Shown here one piece after another: positions 56,253-64,000 of a stretch of DNA of 64,000 nt; position 1 is the first letter of the stretch; every line of letters starts with the position of its first letter. This DNA comes from an uncultured Rhodoferax sp. (lineage in GTDB: Bacteria; Pseudomonadota; Gammaproteobacteria; Burkholderiales; Burkholderiaceae_C): NCBI GenBank assembly GCA_964468905.1, contig CAYXWW010000001.1, forward strand, positions 1,343-65,342, written 5' to 3'. The notes under the pieces were generated by a model. The model ran no database searches, was not told where the DNA came from, and was given only the letters and a program-made list of their open reading frames with translations. A program made the translations under genes and the position numbers.

Positions 56253-57175
56253 CGGAATTGGGAAATCCACTTCCTACTGTTGCTGTGTACCTGGCAGCGT
56301 TCAATGGCGTGCGCTATTTGCCACAACAATTAGATTCCATTTTGGGTCAAACAGGGGTTGCGCTGACTGTATTTGTCAGCATAGACCAGTCATCGGATGG
56401 CACAGAAAAATGGTTTGAACAAAAGGCCCATGCAGACAGTCGGTTGGTCTTGTTACCTTGCGGAGAGATATTTGGTGGTGCGGCACCGAATTTTTTTCGT
56501 CTCATACGCGAAGTGGAAGTATCAACTTTCGATTTTGTGGCATTTGCCGATCAAGACGATATCTGGCTGCCTGGGAAATTGCAGCGGGCTGTAAATTGTT
56601 TGACTGAGACAAATGCTGACGGCTATTCGAGTGATATTTATGCCTTCTGGGAGTCTGGTAGATCCGCTTATATCAAGAAGTCATTTCCGCAGCGGCAATG
56701 GGATTTCTTGTTCGAATCGGCTGGACCAGGGTGTACCTTTGTCATGCGTCAGACGCTTGCCGAACCATTGCAAGCAGCGGTGAGAAATATGCAAAATCAA
56801 ATGAAAGAAGTCGGCTTGCACGATTGGTTTACTTACGCGTTCGCACGTGCGAACCATCACCCCTGGATTATTGATGCGTACCCGAGCTTGATGTACCGTC
56901 AACATGGAGACAATCAAGTTGGTGTCAACAATGGAATTTCTGCAATGGTGTGGCGTGCGCGCAAGGTCTTAAGTGGATGGGGGTTGAACCAGGCAAGACT
57001 GATTGCCCAACTGGTAGGGCTTGGTGCCTCGGATTTTGTGTGTCAGTGGCAATGCGGCGGTCGTCGTGCCATGTTAGGTTTGGCGATGCAGGCGAGGCAA
57101 TGTAGGCGCAAACCGGTAGATCGGTTGTGGTTTGCTGCGTCATGCCTGGCTTTGGCTATCGTGGGATGGCGATAG
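56249..57175 (+). CDS. GT2 glycosyltransferase (rhamnosyltransferase-like)
   Basis: LAAFNG..Y...QLDSIL, FADQDDIW, PGCT, HDW, YRQH..NQVG. Confidence 0.9.
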   Translation: MTELGNPLPTVAVYLAAFNGVRYLPQQLDSILGQTGVALTVFVSIDQSSDGTEKWFEQKAHADSRLVLLPCGEIFGGAAPNFFRLIREVEVSTFDFVAFADQDDIWLPGKLQRAVNCLTETNADGYSSDIYAFWESGRSAYIKKSFPQRQWDFLFESAGPGCTFVMRQTLAEPLQAAVRNMQNQMKEVGLHDWFTYAFARANHHPWIIDAYPSLMYRQHGDNQVGVNNGISAMVWRARKVLSGWGLNQARLIAQLVGLGASDFVCQWQCGGRRAMLGLAMQARQCRRKPVDRLWFAASCLALAIVGWR

Positions 57176-57177
57176 AG

Positions 57178-58149
57178 ATGACTGCGATCTTTGCTGTAAC
57201 CGGCGCTAACGGGTTTGTAGGGCGTGCATTGTGTGCCGAGGCCGCCAAACGGGGCATGGTCGTTCGGGGTATCACTCGGTCGCCCTGCATCTTGCCTAAC
57301 GGCGTGGAAAACGTGGTCGTTGGCAATGTCGATGGTGACACTCAGTGGGAACGGGCTTTGGAGGGGTGTGATGTTGTCGTTCATTTGGCGGCGCGCGTAC
57401 ATATCATGAAAGACAAATCCAAAGATCCATTGGCCGAGTTTCGGCGGGTCAATACTCTGGGCACTGTCCGCTTGGCGCAATGCGCTGTAGAAGCAGGTGT
57501 GAGGCGCTTGGTCAATGTGAGCTCGATTGGTGTGAATGGACCAAGCACACAGGAGCATCTTGAGTTTACTGATCAAGACGTACCAGATCCGCACAATCCG
57601 TACTCGTTGTCGAAATGGGAGGCTGAACAAGCGCTACATCATATCCAAATGCAGGGTGATATTGAAGTTGTTACTGTGCGGCCGCCGCTCATCTATGGCC
57701 CGGGAGTGGGTGGAAATTTTTTGCGTTTGTTGGGCGCTGTATACCGGGGCATTCCATTGCCATTGGGAATGACACGAAATTTTCGCGACTTGCTGTATGT
57801 CGGCAATTTGGCGGATTTTCTAATCGTCTGCGGATACCACCGTGCGGCCAATGGCAATACCTATTTAGTGAGCGACGGAACACCCGTATCTACTCACACT
57901 CTTCTAAGAGGCTTGGCGCGGGCGCTGGGTGTGAAATCTCGACTCTTTCCTGTCCCGCCCTACCTATTGCAAATCCTTGGAAATATGACGGGACACACGG
58001 CCGAGTTTGAGCGGCTTTTGAGTTCGTTGCGAGTCGATAGCGGCAAAGTTTGCCGTGAATTGGCTTGGTATCCACCATTTACCTTGCGGGACGGATTGCA
58101 GGCAACAGCGGACTGGTACCGTTCAGATCATCGACAAGTTGCACATTGA
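57178..58149 (+). CDS. NAD-dependent nucleotide-sugar epimerase/reductase (WbpV-like)
   Basis: VTGANGFVG, HLAARVH, YSLSK, RPPLIYGPGV. Confidence 0.9.
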   Translation: MTAIFAVTGANGFVGRALCAEAAKRGMVVRGITRSPCILPNGVENVVVGNVDGDTQWERALEGCDVVVHLAARVHIMKDKSKDPLAEFRRVNTLGTVRLAQCAVEAGVRRLVNVSSIGVNGPSTQEHLEFTDQDVPDPHNPYSLSKWEAEQALHHIQMQGDIEVVTVRPPLIYGPGVGGNFLRLLGAVYRGIPLPLGMTRNFRDLLYVGNLADFLIVCGYHRAANGNTYLVSDGTPVSTHTLLRGLARALGVKSRLFPVPPYLLQILGNMTGHTAEFERLLSSLRVDSGKVCRELAWYPPFTLRDGLQATADWYRSDHRQVAH

Positions 58150-58154
58150 CTCCC

Positions 58155-58718
58155 ATGCGAAAAAGATTATTTGACTTGTTCCTTGCCATGTTTGTCGGTG
58201 CGCTTTTAGTCCTGCCCTGCGCAATTCTTGCCTTGTTGGTCAAAATGACGTCTACGGGCCCGGTTCTTTATTGGTCTGACAGGGTTGGGCGCAATAATCG
58301 GATCTTCAAAATGCCAAAGTTCCGCAGTATGGCCACGGGAACGCCTGCTGTTGCCACTCACTTGCTCACCAATGCGGATAGTTATCTCACCCCCATCGGT
58401 AGCTTTCTCCGAACGAGCAGTCTGGATGAGTTGCCTCAGCTATGGAGCATTATTCGTGGTGATATGAGTTTTGTGGGTCCTCGACCCGCGCTCTACAACC
58501 AACATGATTTGATCGCATTGCGCGCGGAGTGTGGGGTTGATCAAGTATTGCCCGGCCTGACGGGTTGGGCGCAAATAAACGGCCGCGATGAATTGCCTAT
58601 TCCAGAGAAAGTCGCTTTGGATTGCGAATATGTCAAACGGCAATCACTCAGATTTGACGTGCAAATACTATTTTGGACTGCGTCAAAGGTTATCATGCGG
58701 AGCGGTATTACGCATTAA
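58155..58718 (+). CDS. Initiating sugar-phosphate transferase (Bac_transf, PglC-like)
   Basis: KRLFD, KFRSM, SLDELPQLW, GDMSFVGPRP, PGLTGWAQ. Confidence 0.92.
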   Translation: MRKRLFDLFLAMFVGALLVLPCAILALLVKMTSTGPVLYWSDRVGRNNRIFKMPKFRSMATGTPAVATHLLTNADSYLTPIGSFLRTSSLDELPQLWSIIRGDMSFVGPRPALYNQHDLIALRAECGVDQVLPGLTGWAQINGRDELPIPEKVALDCEYVKRQSLRFDVQILFWTASKVIMRSGITH

Positions 58719-58738
58719 TATGAAAAAGGAGTGTTGGT

Positions 58739-59098
58739 ATGAGTAATTTGGTAGATATTCAAAATCAAATTCAGAAATTGCAAAAGCAGGCCTCTGAAAT
58801 CAAAAGTCGCGAGTTTGACAAAACTGTATTGGAAATTCGTGCCAAGATGGAGGCATTTGGCATAACGGTTAAGGACCTTCAAACGGCCGCCTCTGGTAAA
58901 AAGGGTCGTGGTAAAGCCAAGTCGGTGTCGACCGCCAAGTCTGCGGGAGGCAAAAAGAAGCGCGCCGGTGTCGCCGTGGCCGCCAAGTATCGTGGACCCA
59001 ATGGAGAAGCGTGGAGTGGGCGTGGTTTAACACCACGTTGGCTTGCCGCTTTGGTTGCGCAGGGTAGAACCAAGGAAGAGTTTGCAATTGCCAACTGA
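58739..59098 (+). CDS. H-NS family nucleoid-associated protein
   Basis: N-terminal coiled coil; KYRGPNGEAWSGRGLTPRW DNA-binding motif; AGGAG RBS. Confidence 0.93.
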   Translation: MSNLVDIQNQIQKLQKQASEIKSREFDKTVLEIRAKMEAFGITVKDLQTAASGKKGRGKAKSVSTAKSAGGKKKRAGVAVAAKYRGPNGEAWSGRGLTPRWLAALVAQGRTKEEFAIAN

Positions 59099-59129
59099 CG
59101 TCGGGATTGAAGCAAGGTAACGGAGTTCA

Positions 59130-61016
59130 ATGCAAAGCAGAGTACTGGGCTGGTCGCGATCCACAAAGCGGCTAGTCGTTGTGGCGTTGGACATTGCATT
59201 GGCAATGCTGTCGACGTGGATCGCGTTTTCCTTGCGTCTGGATACCTTGCATTGGCCCACGGGCGCGCAATGGCTGGTTTATGGGTTGACGCCGCTGTTA
59301 TTTGTCCCGGTTTTTATCCGCTTTGGCCTGTACCGCGCCATATTTAGATACACAGGCCAAGCCGCTCTGACGGCGACAGCCAAAGCTACGGCAGTGTATG
59401 CAGCCGTGCTGTTGACACTGCTATTGTCAATGCAGTGGATTGGAGTTCCACGCAGCCTAGGTATTTTGCAGCCGTTGGTATTCTTTCTTCTGGTGGGTGC
59501 AAGTCGTGCATTCGCACGCTTCTGGCTGGCTGGATTGGGTCCACTGGATCAGCGTGACCAAAGCCGATTTCTGATTTATGGTGCAGGTACCGCGGGTGTT
59601 CAAACGGCTTCTGCGATGGGAATTGGCGCCCAATCATTACTTATAGGATTTGTCGACGACGATTCGACTAAGGTGGGGCGCAGTGTCAATGGTGTTCCTG
59701 TGTTCTCGCCGAAACAGGTAGGGGAGCTGGTACTGGAGCAGGGCGTCACGGATTTGCTACTGGCATTGCCCAGTGCATCGCGCGTGCGTCGCAAAGAGAT
59801 CATCGAAAGTCTGCGCACAGTACCTATTCATATTCGTACATTGCCAGATTGGGCAGACTTGGCCAGTGGGCGTGTGACAGTACAAGATTTCAAGGAACTT
59901 GAAATTGAAGATCTGTTGGGACGTGATCCAGTGCCACCACAGACAGACCTTCTGGCTCGCAATCTGTCTGGCAAGGTTGTCATGGTCACTGGTGCGGGCG
60001 GGAGCATTGGCGGAGAACTGTGTCGGCAGATTGTGGTCGAACGACCACGCCAACTGCTGTTGTTAGACCATAGTGAATTCAATCTCTATTCCATACACCA
60101 GGAGTTGGAAGGCCTTTGCGTTGCATCGGCATTGGGTGTGGAGCTTTTGCCGTTACTGGTCAGTGTGACCAATCTCCAGCGAATACAGGACGTGTGCTTA
60201 CAGTATCGACCGGACACGGTCTACCACGCTGCAGCGTACAAGCATGTGCCCCTCGTAGAGTCAAACCCGTCAGTGGGAATTGAAAACAATGTTTTCGGAA
60301 CCTTGCACATGGCACAGGCCGCCATGGCGGCGCAAGTCAAAAGTTTCGTATTGGTGTCGACCGACAAAGCTGTTCGGCCGACTAATGTCATGGGTGCCAG
60401 CAAGCGGATGGCAGAGCTTGTGCTACAAGCATTGGCAGCTCGAGAAAGCCCAAACGGTACAACATGTTTTAGCATGGTCCGCTTTGGCAATGTGCTGGGT
60501 TCCAGCGGTAGCGTAGTCCCCTTGTTTCGGCGCCAATTGGCAATCGGCGGGCCATTGACGGTGACCCATCCGGATGTCACGCGTTATTTCATGACAATCC
60601 CAGAGGCGGCACAACTAGTCTTACAGGCCGGTGCGATGGCGAGTGGCGGGGAGGTATTTGTCTTGGATATGGGTGAACCAGTCCGCATTATTGACTTAGC
60701 CAAACGGATGGTTGAGCTGTCTGGCATGACGCTGCGTGATGAATCGACACCGGATGGCGATATTGAAATCACCATTACAGGTTTGCGCCCCGGTGAGAAA
60801 TTGTATGAAGAGCTTCTTATTGGGGACAATCCGACCGCAACTTCCCACCCTCGAATCATGAAGGCCCACGAGCAATGCATGCAGTGGGAAGACCTAACGC
60901 AACAATTGTCCGCTTTACACGCCTATGTTGCGAAAGGCGATATTGATGGCATCAAAACGGTTTTGAAAACTTGTGTGCAAGGCTATGAAAGTGGGTCCGC
61001 TTCTTTAGATTCATGA
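59130..61016 (+). CDS. Membrane-bound UDP-GlcNAc 4,6-dehydratase (WbpM/PglF/CapD family)
   Basis: Four TM segments; EDLLGR, VTGAGGSIG, HAAAYKHVP, STDKAVRP.NVMGASK, RFGNVLGSSGSV, TRYFMTIPEA. Confidence 0.95.
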   Translation: MQSRVLGWSRSTKRLVVVALDIALAMLSTWIAFSLRLDTLHWPTGAQWLVYGLTPLLFVPVFIRFGLYRAIFRYTGQAALTATAKATAVYAAVLLTLLLSMQWIGVPRSLGILQPLVFFLLVGASRAFARFWLAGLGPLDQRDQSRFLIYGAGTAGVQTASAMGIGAQSLLIGFVDDDSTKVGRSVNGVPVFSPKQVGELVLEQGVTDLLLALPSASRVRRKEIIESLRTVPIHIRTLPDWADLASGRVTVQDFKELEIEDLLGRDPVPPQTDLLARNLSGKVVMVTGAGGSIGGELCRQIVVERPRQLLLLDHSEFNLYSIHQELEGLCVASALGVELLPLLVSVTNLQRIQDVCLQYRPDTVYHAAAYKHVPLVESNPSVGIENNVFGTLHMAQAAMAAQVKSFVLVSTDKAVRPTNVMGASKRMAELVLQALAARESPNGTTCFSMVRFGNVLGSSGSVVPLFRRQLAIGGPLTVTHPDVTRYFMTIPEAAQLVLQAGAMASGGEVFVLDMGEPVRIIDLAKRMVELSGMTLRDESTPDGDIEITITGLRPGEKLYEELLIGDNPTATSHPRIMKAHEQCMQWEDLTQQLSALHAYVAKGDIDGIKTVLKTCVQGYESGSASLDS

Positions 61017-61927
61017 GGAGCGTGGACAGGCTTCATGGCCAGTGCGGCTTGGTAGAGCACGTTGCGTGGCTCACCTGTAATGTCAACTGCCAATTTGACA
61101 GCAGTTTTCAAAGGCAAATGCTCCAATAGCAGTTTGAGAATGCGTGAACCTTGGCCTGTCTCTGTAACGGCAGGCATGCCATGCAGCACGAGCGCGAATT
61201 CTCCGCGGCGGCGATTGGTATCCGCTGCCAGCCACGCGGACATATCTTGCGCGTTGACCGTGGAAATTTCTTCAAATTGTTTCGTCAACTCCCGCCCAAT
61301 CGTAATTTGGCGGCTTCCAAGCACAGCCAGTGCCAGTGCAAGCGCTTCGATGCGATGCGGCGACTCAAGCAGGATGACTGCGCGTTCCTCCAAGCCCAAA
61401 GCAAGAATCGCTCTCTCGCGCTCAGTGGCCTTGGGTGCCAAAAAGCCCGCAAAAACAAATCCGCAGGCGTCGTCATGGGCCAGTCCAGCGACTGAAAGCA
61501 GCGTGGTAATACTGCTGGCACCTGGCAGTGGAATGATGCGCAGATTGTGTTGGCGCACGGCTGCAACAAGGCGTGCCCCTGGGTCGCTGATTCCTGGCGT
61601 TCCCGCGTCACTTACATAGGCTATACGCTGGCCTTGACGCAATAGATCCAATATGCCTAATGCGCTGTGCGACTCATTGTGCTGGTGGACAGCGATGAGT
61701 TTGTCAGTGCCCTTATCGATTCCGTATGCCCGCAACATGGACTGTGTGTGGCGTGTGTCTTCACAAGCAATTGCGTCGACAAGATCCAGCACATACAAAG
61801 CACGCAGGCTGATGTCTGCCAGATTGCCAATGGGTGTCGCCACCACGTAGAGCGTTCCTTGCGGATAATGTTGTTCAGAAGCGGCCTCAGCCGACGCTGA
61901 ACGGGCTATAGAAAATAACGCGCTCAC
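60983..61927 (-). CDS. rsmI: 16S rRNA (cytidine1402-2'-O)-methyltransferase
   Basis: LYVVATPIGNL, ACEDTR, VSDAGTPGISDPG, ESPHR, RELTK. Confidence 0.96.
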   Translation of the reverse strand: MSALFSIARSASAEAASEQHYPQGTLYVVATPIGNLADISLRALYVLDLVDAIACEDTRHTQSMLRAYGIDKGTDKLIAVHQHNESHSALGILDLLRQGQRIAYVSDAGTPGISDPGARLVAAVRQHNLRIIPLPGASSITTLLSVAGLAHDDACGFVFAGFLAPKATERERAILALGLEERAVILLESPHRIEALALALAVLGSRQITIGRELTKQFEEISTVNAQDMSAWLAADTNRRRGEFALVLHGMPAVTETGQGSRILKLLLEHLPLKTAVKLAVDITGEPRNVLYQAALAMKPVHAPHESKEADPLS

Positions 61928-63613
<1,686 letters not shown>

Positions 63614-63628
63614 CGTCTTAATTCGCAG

Positions 63629-64000
63629 TTACTTCAATCGTTTGATCAGGCTGGAAGTATCCCAGCGGCTTCCGCCCATGTGTTGTACATCGGCATAAAA
63701 CTGGTCGACCAGGGCTGTAACTGGCAAACGTGCTCCATTGCGTTTGGCTTCGTCTAAAACCAGCCCCAGGTCCTTGCGCATCCAGTCGACTGCAAAACCA
63801 AAATCGAACTTGTCGGCCACCATCGTTTTGCCACGATTGTCGAGTTGCCAGCTTTGGGCAGCACCTTTTCCAATGACCTCAAGTACCGCGTTCATGTCGA
63901 GCCCTGCGTTGTGGCCGAACGCAATGGCTTCGCTCAAACCTTGAACGAGGCCGGCAATACATATCTGGTTCACCATTTTTGCCAGTTGTCCAGAACCGCT
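63629..64000 (-). CDS. Beta-hydroxyacid dehydrogenase family (3-hydroxyisobutyrate/tartronate semialdehyde reductase-like), 5' end outside the window
   Basis: SGSGQLAKMVNQI, GAAQSWQ, FAVDWMRKDL. Confidence 0.88.
   Translation of the reverse strand, partial: SGSGQLAKMVNQICIAGLVQGLSEAIAFGHNAGLDMNAVLEVIGKGAAQSWQLDNRGKTMVADKFDFGFAVDWMRKDLGLVLDEAKRNGARLPVTALVDQFYADVQHMGGSRWDTSSLIKRLK

Noticed and set aside
6056-61016. Island as an integrative mobile element
   Set aside because: No integrase, transposase, tRNA or flanking direct repeats were seen at either boundary.

Overview
Betaproteobacterial chromosome segment; the gene set looks Comamonadaceae-like (e.g. Rhodoferax), which is an inference. 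Housekeeping flanks: 1-6.1 kb (hydrolase, RNA pseudouridine synthase, CheX-like protein, PHA-granule/phasin cluster) and 61-64 kb (rsmI, yraN, gmhA, BON lipoprotein). Between them lies a ~55 kb cell-surface island. Its core is an Xps-type type II secretion operon (E-F-G-H-I-J-K-L-M-N/C-D) followed directly by a separately transcribed gene for a 310-aa Sec-exported, Ser/Thr/Gly/Ala-rich protein. That gene has strong high-expression codon bias, two tandem TTGACC-17-TACA(A/T)T promoters and its own terminator, making it the best candidate for an S-layer/surface-array subunit with a dedicated T2SS. Around it are an Asp-box lipoprotein, two TPR-GT41 and two TPR-GT9-like transferases, a Wzm/Wzt exporter, multidomain GT2 enzymes with coiled-coil segments, and a VioA/ACP/adenylation-domain/FabG/WbqC/methyltransferase module for an acylated amino sugar that resembles flagellin-glycosylation islands but has no flagellin. 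Also present: a Wzx-type operon with an embedded H-NS gene, a broken FkbM gene and an orphan three-repeat protein. I saw no tRNA, rRNA, CRISPR array or IS. All annotations come from motif recognition by eye; no database searches were run.
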